Assembly (NCBI GenBank): GCA_038870975.1
Contig: JAVZJD010000001.1
Location: 192,001-256,000, forward strand
Direction: 5' to 3'
DNA: 64,000 nucleotides
DNA from: Candidatus Bathyarchaeia archaeon
GTDB taxonomy: Archaea > Thermoproteota > CALKCG01 > B24
The notes under the pieces were generated by a model. The model was not told the origin of the DNA. It searched no databases and saw nothing but the letters and a program-made list of their open reading frames with translations. This document shows, piece after piece, positions 40,260 through 50,571 of the stretch. The translations under genes were made by a program, and so were the position numbers. Position 1 is the stretch's first letter. Every line of letters begins with the position of its first letter.

Positions 40260-41583
40260 TGAGGTTACAGAATACATATACAATCTCAAAAGGCTCGGGT
40301 CTAAGTTAGACCTTAGAAACATTCGGAGACTTCTAAAATTAATAGGGAACCCCCAAAATTCGTTTAGATCTATACTTGTTGGAGGGACAAACGGTAAGGG
40401 TTCAACAGCCACGATGATAGCATCCATACTTATGGAAGAGGGATTTAGAGTCGGCTTGTTCACCAAGCCGCATCTCTCGAGCTACACAGAAAGATTTACT
40501 GTTAACGGTGTATCAATATCTGAGGGAGACGTTGTTAGAATATTCTATGAGCTTAAACCATACATGGAAAGAATGTCTCTATGTAAACGATATAGACATC
40601 CGAGTTTCTTCGAAGCAACAGTAGCTTTGGCGTTTAAGTATTTCTGTGAACAGAATGTAGATTTTGCTGTTGTTGAAGTAGGATTAGGAGGCCGATTAGA
40701 TGCCACGAATGTTTTGAACCCCTTGGTTTCGGTGATAACAAACGTTCATCTTGAACATACCAAAATCCTCGGAGATACCATTGATAAGATAGCTTGGGAG
40801 AAAGCTCATATAATAAAGTCTAACGGATTAGCTATAACAGCGACTGATAGGGAGGAGGCGTTTAGCGTCATAAGTAAAATCGCCCGGAGGAGGAGAGCAA
40901 GACTTTTCCGAGTCGGCTCAGATCTAACATTCAACATAAAGAGAGCAGATTTAAATGGAGAAAAATTTGATGTTAAAGGTTTAACAACGTATTACAAAGA
41001 CCTAGAGGTAAAAATGTTAGGGCTCCACCAGGTTGTTAACGGTACACTTGCTGTTGGAGCTGTCGAGCTATTAGAACTTAGAGGTTTAGACGTGTCTGAG
41101 AACGCTATCAGAAGAGGACTTAAAAGGGCTTTTATACCCGGAAGGTTTGAAGTCGTTCAGAAAAACCCTATGGTAATATTAGACTGCGCTAAAGATCCAG
41201 TAGCCGCATCGACTTTTAAAAGTGAATTTATGCGGTTATTTAACGGTAAAAAAGCTATTCTTGTCGTAAGTATATCATCTGATAAGGACTATAGAAGCAT
41301 GATGAGAGAGTTCTGTAGTTTCTCTGAAGTTATTATTACCTGTAAACATAAAGTCATGGAGAGGGGATTAAACCCTGATATTTTAGCTTCAGAGGCGGAA
41401 AAATACGGTAGAACCACCATTATAATGGACGACGTTAAAGAGGCTGTTAAAGAGGCTTTAAAAATAGCTTCAAAAGACGATGTAATAGTTGTTACAGGTT
41501 CAGTGTTCACCGTAGGTGAAGCGAGAGAACTTTGGTTTAATAAAGTGGGTTGGATTGGTAGAGAGTTTAATGAGTCAATTTAG
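40246..41583 (+). CDS. folC: folylpolyglutamate synthase / dihydrofolate synthase
   Basis: GTNGKGS, PHL, EVGLGGRLDATN, PGRFE, TGS. Confidence 0.94.
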   Translation: MSNYNEVTEYIYNLKRLGSKLDLRNIRRLLKLIGNPQNSFRSILVGGTNGKGSTATMIASILMEEGFRVGLFTKPHLSSYTERFTVNGVSISEGDVVRIFYELKPYMERMSLCKRYRHPSFFEATVALAFKYFCEQNVDFAVVEVGLGGRLDATNVLNPLVSVITNVHLEHTKILGDTIDKIAWEKAHIIKSNGLAITATDREEAFSVISKIARRRRARLFRVGSDLTFNIKRADLNGEKFDVKGLTTYYKDLEVKMLGLHQVVNGTLAVGAVELLELRGLDVSENAIRRGLKRAFIPGRFEVVQKNPMVILDCAKDPVAASTFKSEFMRLFNGKKAILVVSISSDKDYRSMMREFCSFSEVIITCKHKVMERGLNPDILASEAEKYGRTTIIMDDVKEAVKEALKIASKDDVIVVTGSVFTVGEARELWFNKVGWIGREFNESI

Positions 41584-41595
41584 GAGGTCATTTTC

Positions 41596-42081
41596 TTGAG
41601 AAAGAATTGGAGCATATGTATCCACTATAGAGATGAAACATTCGACCCGCTAAGCAGAAGAACAGCTTGGGAAATTCAGGATTTAGGTATTAGCGGGGTA
41701 GAGAGCGTTAAAACAGTTCAAGTTTTTCAACTAGTGGGGCAGTTAGACGACGAAGATATCAGAGTGTTATGTGAAGAGCTCTTACACGACCCTATAGTTC
41801 AGCAATATTACTATATTGAGGGGGTTGACGCATCCCCTCTTTTTAAGACCCCTAATACCTGGTCTATTGAAGTACGACTCAAACCCGGTGTATTCGACAG
41901 CTTGGCTGAAAGTGTTATTGAGGGCGCTAAAGTTATAGGTATCCATGATATTGAAAAGGTTGAAACCTACATGGTTTATCTCATACGCGGAAGCTTGAGC
42001 TATGAAAAGGTTGAGCTTATATGTAGAAGATGTTTAGCTAACCCTATAATCCACAATTATAAGATATATCCACCCTCCTAA
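41596..42081 (+). CDS. purS: FGAM synthase PurS component, tandem-duplicated domain
   Basis: Two PurS-like repeats (FDPL...LLHDPIVQQY; LKPGVFD...LANPIIHNY). Confidence 0.8.
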   Translation: MRKNWSICIHYRDETFDPLSRRTAWEIQDLGISGVESVKTVQVFQLVGQLDDEDIRVLCEELLHDPIVQQYYYIEGVDASPLFKTPNTWSIEVRLKPGVFDSLAESVIEGAKVIGIHDIEKVETYMVYLIRGSLSYEKVELICRRCLANPIIHNYKIYPPS

Positions 42082-42133
42082 ATTCTAATATTTATGTCGG
42101 AGGGACCTTAGAAAAACTCAACGTAGCGAAATT

Positions 42134-42991
42134 CTAGGGTGAAGATGAATTGTAGCTACGCCATGGCTCATGATTGCTTTCATACCATAGAAGATGTGCT
42201 CTAAGGAAAGTTATGAAAGCTAATAAAATTAAAAGTAGCAACCATATTATTGGAAGCTTTGAATAGAATCCTCTATCTATATTCTCGATAATTCTCTGAA
42301 AAACCATAGGGTTATTACTTTTGAAATTTGAAAGTAGATTTTTGACATCCTCTAAATTTTTATCAAGACTTAGAATCCTATTCTTTTCTACTTTTATTTT
42401 TTTAAATAAAATTGAGCCATCAATTCTTATAATTCCTTTTTCAGTTAAATGAGTTTCAACCAGTTTTAGTATAAAACTAGAGCTAGTGGGAATACCGAAA
42501 AATCCTGATACCCCTCTTAAATCTAAAATTTTCCGTGTTATATTGTAGACGCTCAGTGGCCTGTCTTCCATTAAAACCTTAGTCAAAATAGTGTTTTCGA
42601 GGCTATTGTCTCCTAGATCTGTTGAAGTTGCCTTGCGAACCACCACCACTGGGAATTTTATCAAACCACTGAAAATACTCTCCTCGGAAAGGTCCATGTA
42701 GACTAGACCTTTTTCTTCAAGTCATATAAGTGAGCCGGCTATAATCATGATAGAAACGCTTCTTTCATCAACACTCACATTTGAGGTTGGTGATTTAAAA
42801 CCTCTCACTCCAAACATGAGCTGCATAAGCCTTAGAGGTGGTAGAAAATGGTCTGGGAAAAGATATATAAGCGCTGAGGGGGCTGTTAAGCCTTCAACAT
42901 ACATGAAACGTATAGGCTTTCCACAGTAAGGACAGTAGTAAGCTCCACTTGGAATAGCCCTCCCACAATCAGGACAGTACAATTGATGCAC
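42134..42991 (-). pseudogene. zinc-ribbon membrane protein gene split by an in-frame TGA (42722-42724)
   Basis: ORFs 42722-42991 (CPDC...CPYC) and 42134-42697 share a frame and are joined by 8 sense codons (LEEKGLVY) after a single TGA. Confidence 0.62.
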
Positions 42992-43120
42992 TCCATCAAT
43001 TTCTTACGGTGAAACGACTTTAAAAGCTTTATAATAGTTATGGTTGACTAAGATGTTTTAAGTGTTTCAAATTAGTGGAGCTAGGGATAAACTTAGAAGA
43101 TAAACTAAAATAAGGTGTAA

Positions 43121-44254
43121 GTGCGAGGAATGAACCGTATGAAATCAGTGTCTGTAAAGATTAGAGCTCTAACTTTATACTTGAACCCAAACTCGTGGGA
43201 TTTTAAAGATATCATAGAATACGTTTCAAGAAGGGTAAGTAGGTTTCACAGTTTTCTGGATGATGCTGAATGGAAAAAAGCTGTGTGGAGTGTTAGAGTA
43301 TCTATACCTCCACCACCGGATGAATTGAATATTGTCAAGTTGGCTGAAGTTATCTACGAATCTTCATTTCGATCAGGGGTATCTCTCGTTTCCGGTTTTA
43401 CCATTAAATCTGAAAACATCGATTACAATATTGTTGAACAGCTTCTTCAAATAGGTGTATACGTTTGCATAGATGCCAATAATCAAAAGTATTTTAGAAG
43501 AATAGCTGAAGCTCTCCTCAGAATAGCTCAGAAAAACCCTGTACTATTGTCTAAAGTAGCTGTTAAACTTGGACAGTCCAAGAGGTTTTTAACTCCATAT
43601 TTTCCATTATCTTCAAATGTAGAATTTAGAGAAGGATTGGCGATAGCATTACTTTATTCAACAGACCTTCTTAAAGCATATCAATCTAATGGCATAAAGG
43701 GTTTAATCGATAAGGCTGGCGAATTAATGGTCTGTTCGGAAACTTACGGTTTAGAAGCTTCTTCAAACCTAGGAATAGATTTTTATGGTTTAGACTACTC
43801 TATTTCACCATGGATGGAAGATTCATCTGCAAGATTAGTCGAAGAAATATCAGGTGTCCCAATACCGGAACCCGGTTCAATAGCGGCAGTTGTTAAATTG
43901 AATGGGGCAATTTACAAGGCTGCTCTTAAAAGCAACATAAAGTCAACGGGATTCTGCGAACTTATGCTACCTGTAGCGGAAGATAATATTCTCAAGCAGA
44001 GAGTATTGGAAGGGAGACTCAGACTAAGAGACCTTACAGCTTTATCTATGGTGTGTGTGGCAGGAGTAGATATGGCTGTAATTCCAGCTGAAAACTCGAT
44101 GAAAACAATCGAGGGGCTTCTAAGAGATATGTCTAAAATTGCCAAAACTAAAGGTAAAGTTTTAGGAGTTAGGTTAATTCCATACTATCATGTAAAGTCT
44201 GGTGAATCTGTAGACTTAGGTTTATTTGGCACCGTACCTGTAATTTCCCCTTAA
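43121..44254 (+). CDS. DUF711 family protein
   Basis: KIRALT, TPYFP, GLDYSISP, GFCELMLPVAED, CVAGVDM, LGVRLIP. Confidence 0.82.
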   Translation: MRGMNRMKSVSVKIRALTLYLNPNSWDFKDIIEYVSRRVSRFHSFLDDAEWKKAVWSVRVSIPPPPDELNIVKLAEVIYESSFRSGVSLVSGFTIKSENIDYNIVEQLLQIGVYVCIDANNQKYFRRIAEALLRIAQKNPVLLSKVAVKLGQSKRFLTPYFPLSSNVEFREGLAIALLYSTDLLKAYQSNGIKGLIDKAGELMVCSETYGLEASSNLGIDFYGLDYSISPWMEDSSARLVEEISGVPIPEPGSIAAVVKLNGAIYKAALKSNIKSTGFCELMLPVAEDNILKQRVLEGRLRLRDLTALSMVCVAGVDMAVIPAENSMKTIEGLLRDMSKIAKTKGKVLGVRLIPYYHVKSGESVDLGLFGTVPVISP

Positions 44255-44330
44255 ATCCAAGCCACAACTTTTGAAAGTTTGGGGAAAAATTAATAGAATA
44301 CTCTCCTCTCATATCTTAGAGTTTCTAGAG

Positions 44331-46691
44331 ATGACTGCTGTTGAATATATCCGATTAAGATCTGCGGATGAGAAAAAGTTAATCGAGATCAGTCAAAAGT
44401 ATATGCTTTCACTATCTCTCGAAGAAATGAAAGCCATTCAAAACTACTTTCAGACTTTAGGTAGAGACCCGACAGACGTAGAGTTAAATACAATAGCTCA
44501 AACATGGTCTGAGCACTGTTACCATAAAACATTCAAGGGAATGGTAGAAACGCCAAGCGGTACAATAGATGGACTGTTGAAGACATTCATATTTAAAGCA
44601 ACGGAGACCCTAAGTAAACCGTGGTGTCTTGTCGTTTTCAAAGATAACGCTGGTTTGATAGCGTTCAATGAAGAGTGGGCAATAGCCGTTAAAGTTGAAA
44701 CACATAATCATCCAACAGCTTTAGATCCGTATGGTGGCGCTGGGACAGGTACAGGAGGGGTTTTCAGAGACGTTATGGGAGTAGGTGCTAAACCCATACT
44801 TTCGACAGATGTCCTGTGTTTTGGACCTTTAGATTATCCGTATGATAAACTCCCACCAGGCATTATGCATCCCAGGCGTTTAATGAGGGGGGCTATAGCT
44901 GGTATTCGAGACTATGGCAATAAAATGGGTATACCAACTGCATGTGGAGCTATATGCTTTGACGAAGGCTATCTATGCAATCCTTTAGTGTATGCAGGAT
45001 GCGTGGGCATTATTCCTACCAACAAATACGTTAGAAATCCTAAGCCTGGAGACCTTATTGTCTTAGCAGGAGGTAGAACTGGAAGGGATGGATTAAGGGG
45101 TGTTACTTTCGCAAGCATGGAACTGACACCAGAGTCAGAGCAAATATCAGCAGTATCGGTGCAAATAGGAAATCCCATAGAGGAGAAGAGATTACTAGAG
45201 GCTATTCTAAAGGCTAGAGATAGGTATGATAAACCTCTTTACTCCGCTATAACTGATTGTGGAGGGGGAGGACTTTCATCTGCCGTAGGTGAAATGTCAA
45301 AGGGGTTGGGAGCAAACGTTGAACTGGCGAATGTTCCTTTAAAGTATAGTGGTTTAAGACCTTGGGAGATCTGGCTTTCAGAATCTCAAGAACGTATGGT
45401 TTTGGCAGTCCCTAGGAGTAACATCGAAGAACTACTTGAAATTTTTAAAGATGAAAACTGTGAAGCCACAGTGATAGGAGAGTTTACTTCTACTGGGCGT
45501 CTATGCGTAAAATACCATGGTGAGCCAGTATGTGATTTGGACTTGAATTTCTTATTTGAAGGCATTCCAAGGGTTAAACGTAGAGCGTTATGGACTCAAT
45601 CACTCGAAGAGGAGATAGATACCCCCCAACCTGAAGACCTAATGGGCATCTTAAAGGAGATTCTTAAAAGCCCAAATGTTGCTAGTAAAGAGTGGGTAAT
45701 TAGACAGTATGACCATGAAGTTCAAGCCAGAATGATAGTTAAACCGCTTGTTGGCATTAATCAAGATGGGCCGAGCGATGCCTGTGTAATTAAGCCATTA
45801 AAAGACTCTTGGAGGGGTATAGTTATCTCTTGTGGTATAAACCCTAAATATTCAATAAATCCGTATAAGATGGCGCTATCCGCTATAGATGAAGCTATAA
45901 GAAATAACACAGCTGTTGGAGGACGTAGAATCGCATTACTCGACAATTTTAGTTGGGGCAACCCAGAAAGAGAAGAAGTACTCGGCGCATTGGTTGAAGC
46001 TGTGAAAGGATGCTACGATGGAGCGCTGGGATTCGACACACCTTTTATATCCGGTAAAGATAGTTTGTACAACGAGTATAGATTTCCAGATGGAAGGTAC
46101 CTCTCAATACCTGGAACTCTTCTAATTACAGCCGTGGGGATAATTCCAGATGTTAGAAATGCCGTGACGATGGATTTTAAAGAACCTGGAGACCCTATAT
46201 ACATATTAGGTCTTACTAAAAACGAGTTGGGAGGGTCACACTACTACACGGTTTTAGGTTTGAGGGGAGGAGTTATACCAAGTGTAGATGTAAAAAAGGC
46301 TAAATTCATAATGGATAGGCTGGTGGAAGCAATAGATTCAGGCTATGTTAGAGCTTGCCATGACTGTTCTGAAGGAGGACTGGCCGTAGCCTTAGCTGAA
46401 TCGAGCTTCTCTGGAGGATTGGGCGTTGAAATCTGGCTGTCTAAAGTTCCAGTAGATGGAGTAAATAGAGAGGATAAAATTCTGTTCTCAGAATCTAACA
46501 GCAGGTTCATAGTTGAAGTTTCAAAGTATAATTCTCAAGAATTTGAAAGCCTTATGATGGGGTTACCCTGTTCAAGAATCGGCTTTGTGAAACCCAATAG
46601 TAGTTTTATTATTCATGGTTTAAATGGAAAAATCTACGAGGAAAACATTTGGGAACTTAAAAAAGCTTGGAAGTCTACATTCGACTGGTGA
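44331..46691 (+). CDS. purL: phosphoribosylformylglycinamidine synthase subunit PurL
   Basis: QTWSEHC, KVETHNHP, GRTGRDG, DCGGGGL, SESQERM, QYDHEV, DNFSWGNP, HDCSEGG; ATG 44331 preferred. Confidence 0.96.
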   Translation: MTAVEYIRLRSADEKKLIEISQKYMLSLSLEEMKAIQNYFQTLGRDPTDVELNTIAQTWSEHCYHKTFKGMVETPSGTIDGLLKTFIFKATETLSKPWCLVVFKDNAGLIAFNEEWAIAVKVETHNHPTALDPYGGAGTGTGGVFRDVMGVGAKPILSTDVLCFGPLDYPYDKLPPGIMHPRRLMRGAIAGIRDYGNKMGIPTACGAICFDEGYLCNPLVYAGCVGIIPTNKYVRNPKPGDLIVLAGGRTGRDGLRGVTFASMELTPESEQISAVSVQIGNPIEEKRLLEAILKARDRYDKPLYSAITDCGGGGLSSAVGEMSKGLGANVELANVPLKYSGLRPWEIWLSESQERMVLAVPRSNIEELLEIFKDENCEATVIGEFTSTGRLCVKYHGEPVCDLDLNFLFEGIPRVKRRALWTQSLEEEIDTPQPEDLMGILKEILKSPNVASKEWVIRQYDHEVQARMIVKPLVGINQDGPSDACVIKPLKDSWRGIVISCGINPKYSINPYKMALSAIDEAIRNNTAVGGRRIALLDNFSWGNPEREEVLGALVEAVKGCYDGALGFDTPFISGKDSLYNEYRFPDGRYLSIPGTLLITAVGIIPDVRNAVTMDFKEPGDPIYILGLTKNELGGSHYYTVLGLRGGVIPSVDVKKAKFIMDRLVEAIDSGYVRACHDCSEGGLAVALAESSFSGGLGVEIWLSKVPVDGVNREDKILFSESNSRFIVEVSKYNSQEFESLMMGLPCSRIGFVKPNSSFIIHGLNGKIYEENIWELKKAWKSTFDW

Positions 46692-46696
46692 AAAAT

Positions 46697-47497
46697 CTAC
46701 AGAATGATGTTGTTGAGGAAGTCTAAAGCTCTTGGCACGGCTATTAGAGGATCATCTTTTCCCTCATACTCTAACGAAAGATACCCATTGTAGCCGTATC
46801 TCGCAATTATTTCAATTATCCTCCTATAGTCGAGTCTTTTTTCGATCCAATAGCTACTTAACCCATACCATTCTAATGCCAACTCGTATATTTTAGCGTG
46901 TATATGAACAGTATACGGCATAACAGCTTCTATACTTTCGTAGATATTTTCCCTAAAGTTGCCAAAGTCGAGGTTTACTCTAAACCAGTCGGAATCCACG
47001 GCTTTAATCAGTTTTAGAACTTGCTCCGCTGTAGAAGTTATACCTCCATGGTTTTCCACCACCACCATAAGTCCGTATTGTTCAGCATATTCTACAGAAT
47101 CCTTTATACATTTAACTGCTACTTCGAATACATCACTTTCTGAAACACCTTTAGGGGGCCATCCAGCGTTTATCCTCATAATCGGAGAGCCGAGTTTAAC
47201 AGTAGCATCTATCCAGTTTTTAACGAATTCCACCTCCCTCTTCCTTTCATTTGAATCCAGCTTGCAGAAATTGTTATCGACGGTTACACACGATAGATCT
47301 AATCCATACTCCAGTAGAGATTTCTTAATGGTTTTAATTCTATCGACCTCTGGTTTAAAATAGAGCTGATTTAACTCAACACCATCTACATCTTGTTCAA
47401 ACGCTTCATCTATGAAGTCCTCAATTGTCATACTTCCATCACTAAGGTATTTGTTATACGAATAGCTAGCTATACCCAATTTCACGACAGACCACAT
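46697..47497 (-). CDS. sugar phosphate isomerase/epimerase family (TIM barrel)
   Basis: VENHGG, NLDFGNF, HIHAK, SLEYEG. Confidence 0.85.
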   Translation of the reverse strand: MWSVVKLGIASYSYNKYLSDGSMTIEDFIDEAFEQDVDGVELNQLYFKPEVDRIKTIKKSLLEYGLDLSCVTVDNNFCKLDSNERKREVEFVKNWIDATVKLGSPIMRINAGWPPKGVSESDVFEVAVKCIKDSVEYAEQYGLMVVVENHGGITSTAEQVLKLIKAVDSDWFRVNLDFGNFRENIYESIEAVMPYTVHIHAKIYELALEWYGLSSYWIEKRLDYRRIIEIIARYGYNGYLSLEYEGKDDPLIAVPRALDFLNNIIL

Positions 47498-47548
47498 TTA
47501 GAAAATACCTAAAAACTCTTTTAACAGTTGTGCTTCCTTCAATAGAAT

Positions 47549-48352
47549 ATGATGAGCCTTTATACTGTTAAGGTATTAGTGCTCAGAGTTGAAGGCACGA
47601 ATTGCGACATAGAAACCGTTGAAGCTTTCCAAATGGTTAATGCAGAAGCAAAACTCGCACATTTAAATGAACTTTTAAAAAACGAAGTGGATTTAAATGA
47701 TTACCATATTTTCTGCATACCTGGAGGTTTCAGTTATGGGGATGACTTGGGAGCAGGTAAACTACTAGCAAATCAACTTAAGTATCGACTTAGAAGAGAA
47801 ATCGAGAATTTTCTAAGCGAAGGAAGAGCTATAATAGGAATATGTAATGGTTTTCAAGCCTTAGTTAAAGCGGGACTGTTACCAGCACTTAAGAAGCCTT
47901 TTTTGAAACAGGAGGCTACATTAGCTTTAAATGAAAAAGGCTTGTTTATAGATAGATGGATCTACGTTAAACATGAGGAAAATTGCAAATGTATATTGAC
48001 AAAAAATCTAAACGCAAAAATATTATACATCCCTGTGAATCATGCCGAAGGGAGATTTATTGCTTCAAAAGAAACTATTGAATTAATGGAGGAGGAGGGA
48101 TATGTAGTTTTTAGATATGTAGATCCAGGTGGTAGGATTGCTGGATATCCTTGGAATCCAAATGGATCTATGAACAATATTGCAGGGATATGTAACACTG
48201 ATGGAAATATTCTTGGTTTAATGCCTCACCCTGAGAAATATGTACACCATTATCTTCATCCAAGTTGGTCTAGGTTCCATTCTAACTCAGAGCCAGACGG
48301 TTTACTATTCTTTAAGACGGTGGTCGACAATGTGGCTAGGAGCCTCATGTAG
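47549..48352 (+). CDS. purQ: phosphoribosylformylglycinamidine synthase subunit PurQ
   Basis: GTNCD, PGGFSYGD, GICNGFQ, HAEG, MPHPE. Confidence 0.96.
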   Translation: MMSLYTVKVLVLRVEGTNCDIETVEAFQMVNAEAKLAHLNELLKNEVDLNDYHIFCIPGGFSYGDDLGAGKLLANQLKYRLRREIENFLSEGRAIIGICNGFQALVKAGLLPALKKPFLKQEATLALNEKGLFIDRWIYVKHEENCKCILTKNLNAKILYIPVNHAEGRFIASKETIELMEEEGYVVFRYVDPGGRIAGYPWNPNGSMNNIAGICNTDGNILGLMPHPEKYVHHYLHPSWSRFHSNSEPDGLLFFKTVVDNVARSLM

Positions 48353-48447
48353 AGAAACTAGCTTTACATTACTGCTTTAATGACCATCTTCTTATTTAAG
48401 AAAAGTTTATAAATAGAACTATTATTCAAATACCTAGATCTTTTAAA

Positions 48448-49956
48448 ATGGAAACTTATCTACCAGATGAAATGGCAGTTGAAAGTGGCTTATTGTCTAG
48501 ACTTATTCTAGACGGAAGAATAAAAGGTAAGATTTTGGTACATAATTCCATAATTAAGAGGCTTGAACATAAAGCTTTAAACGGCGACTTCAGAGGAGTA
48601 GAGGAGCTTGAAAATATCCGTAGATCTGCCGAAAGTCTGGGGTTAAGATTCGAAATTTTAAACGGAGATTCCAACATCGATCCAAAAGAGGCCTTAAGAG
48701 AAGTTGCCTTAAAAACAGATTCAATAATTGTTACACCAGACTATGTTTCAGCAGCTATTTCTAAAGCCTTGGGAATAAAAGTGTTACATGAAAGAGCACA
48801 AGTCGAAAAGCGGTTAGAAGATTTTTTCAATGATGGAACTATGTCCGTACATCTTAAAGAGGGGGTGCCTCCAAGGGTTAAAAAAGGTAAGCCTGGTAGG
48901 TGGACTTTTGAGGTGTTACATAGTAAGCCTTTATCTAGAAAAGACATCGAGGACATTGTAAATGACATTCTAAATAGAGCGAGGGCTGGAGAAGGCTTCA
49001 TAGAAACTGATAGGAATGGGTCTTCAATAATTCAACTTGGAACTTATAGGATCGTCATAACTAAACCGCCTTTTAGTGACGGTTTAGAGGTAACAGCTGT
49101 GAGACCGATAACCTATAGACACCTTGAAGATTACAATCTTCCAAGCAAGCTTCTGAAAAGACTCGCCGAGCAAGCTGAGGGAATACTTATCGCAGGAGCG
49201 CCGGGCATGGGAAAATCGACCTTCGCTCAGGCTTTAGCTGAATTTTATCTTAGAGGTGGAAAAATAGTTAAAACAATTGAAGCTCCTAGAGACCTTCAAC
49301 TTCCAGATGAAGTTACGCAATATTCTAAAGTCATGGGAGGGTCTCAAGAAATCCATGATGTTCTACTCTTAAGTAGACCAGATTACACGATTTTTGATGA
49401 AATGCGTGATACTGAAGACTTTAAATTATACGCAGATTTAAGGCTTTCAGGCGTAGGTATGGTCGGAGTGGTACACGCCACAACAGCCATAGACGCTATT
49501 CAACGGTTTATAGGTAGAGTTGAATTGGGTATGATACCTTCTATAATAGACACTGTTATATTTATGAAAGATGGTGAGGTTACCAAAGTTTACAGTGTGG
49601 AAAACGTAGTTAAAGTTCCGCATGGATTGAAAGAGGCAGATCTTGCAAGACCTGTGGTAGTTGTAAGAGACTTCTTAACGGAGGAGCCTGAATACGAGAT
49701 GTATGTCTTTGGTGAAAAGACATTTGTAGTGCCTATTAAACGTAAGAGTTCTAAGGAACAGATGATGTTAAATAGTATAAATACGTTATTACGGAAACAT
49801 ATAGATGATTATAGGGTTGAAGTAAACGAGGGAGTTTTAGAAATATATGTTTCTAGGGAATCCTATCCTATGATAACTAGGAAATATTTAAGAAAACTAG
49901 AAAGAATTTGCAGAAAAGCAGGGTTTGCAGAAGTATCCGTACATGTAATGAGTTGA
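48448..49956 (+). CDS. PIN-domain / AAA ATPase / KH-domain protein (PINA-like)
   Basis: TMSVHLKEG, GAPGMGKSTFAQAL, E.PRDL, RPDYTIFDEMR, GVVHA. Confidence 0.88.
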   Translation: METYLPDEMAVESGLLSRLILDGRIKGKILVHNSIIKRLEHKALNGDFRGVEELENIRRSAESLGLRFEILNGDSNIDPKEALREVALKTDSIIVTPDYVSAAISKALGIKVLHERAQVEKRLEDFFNDGTMSVHLKEGVPPRVKKGKPGRWTFEVLHSKPLSRKDIEDIVNDILNRARAGEGFIETDRNGSSIIQLGTYRIVITKPPFSDGLEVTAVRPITYRHLEDYNLPSKLLKRLAEQAEGILIAGAPGMGKSTFAQALAEFYLRGGKIVKTIEAPRDLQLPDEVTQYSKVMGGSQEIHDVLLLSRPDYTIFDEMRDTEDFKLYADLRLSGVGMVGVVHATTAIDAIQRFIGRVELGMIPSIIDTVIFMKDGEVTKVYSVENVVKVPHGLKEADLARPVVVVRDFLTEEPEYEMYVFGEKTFVVPIKRKSSKEQMMLNSINTLLRKHIDDYRVEVNEGVLEIYVSRESYPMITRKYLRKLERICRKAGFAEVSVHVMS

Positions 49957-50064
49957 TATATCTTCATGGGTTATTTTAAATATCAACATGGGAATTGGTA
50001 TTAGAATCTTTTATGTTCAAAAAATTTTTGAACACTTTACTATTCTTATTTGAGGTGTTTAAAA

Positions 50065-50553
50065 TTGCCAGACGTTCTAGTTGTTATAGGTAGCATGTCT
50101 GATAAAGAGTACGCTCTTAAAGCCGTCGAAATACTCACTACAATGGGCATTAAAGCTAAAGTGGAAATCGCCTCAGCTCATAGGACTCCGGATAGAGTTA
50201 AAACTATTATCGAGATGGCTGAAAAAGAAGGAGTTTACGCATTCATAGCCATAGCCGGGTTATCTGCGCTTCTACCCAGCTTAATCGCCGCATACACTAC
50301 TAAACCTGTTATAGGTGTTCCTGTTAAAAGAGCTTTAGATGGCTTAGACTCACTATTATCGATCGTGCAGACACCCCCGGGTGTACCAGTAGCTTGTGTG
50401 GGTATTGATAATGCTGTCAACGCCGCTCTTTTAGCTGCTGAGATAGTGGGTTTACAGAGACCTGAAGTGGTTGAAAAGCTTGTAAAATATCGCAATTCTT
50501 TAAAGTGTAATGTTGAACAATCGGCTGAAGAGCTTAGAAAGTTTTCGGAGTAA
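50065..50553 (+). CDS. purE: N5-CAIR mutase / AIR carboxylase
   Basis: GSMSD, SAHRTP, PVIGVP, PPGVPVA; TTG 50065 follows GAGGTG SD. Confidence 0.95.
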   Translation: MPDVLVVIGSMSDKEYALKAVEILTTMGIKAKVEIASAHRTPDRVKTIIEMAEKEGVYAFIAIAGLSALLPSLIAAYTTKPVIGVPVKRALDGLDSLLSIVQTPPGVPVACVGIDNAVNAALLAAEIVGLQRPEVVEKLVKYRNSLKCNVEQSAEELRKFSE

Positions 50554-50571
50554 AAGTTTGGAGGTGGCAGT

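Noticed and set aside
42722-42724. In-frame TGA as selenocysteine
   Set aside because: No redox motif context, no recognisable SECIS and no Sec machinery in the window; a Trp nonsense change is simpler
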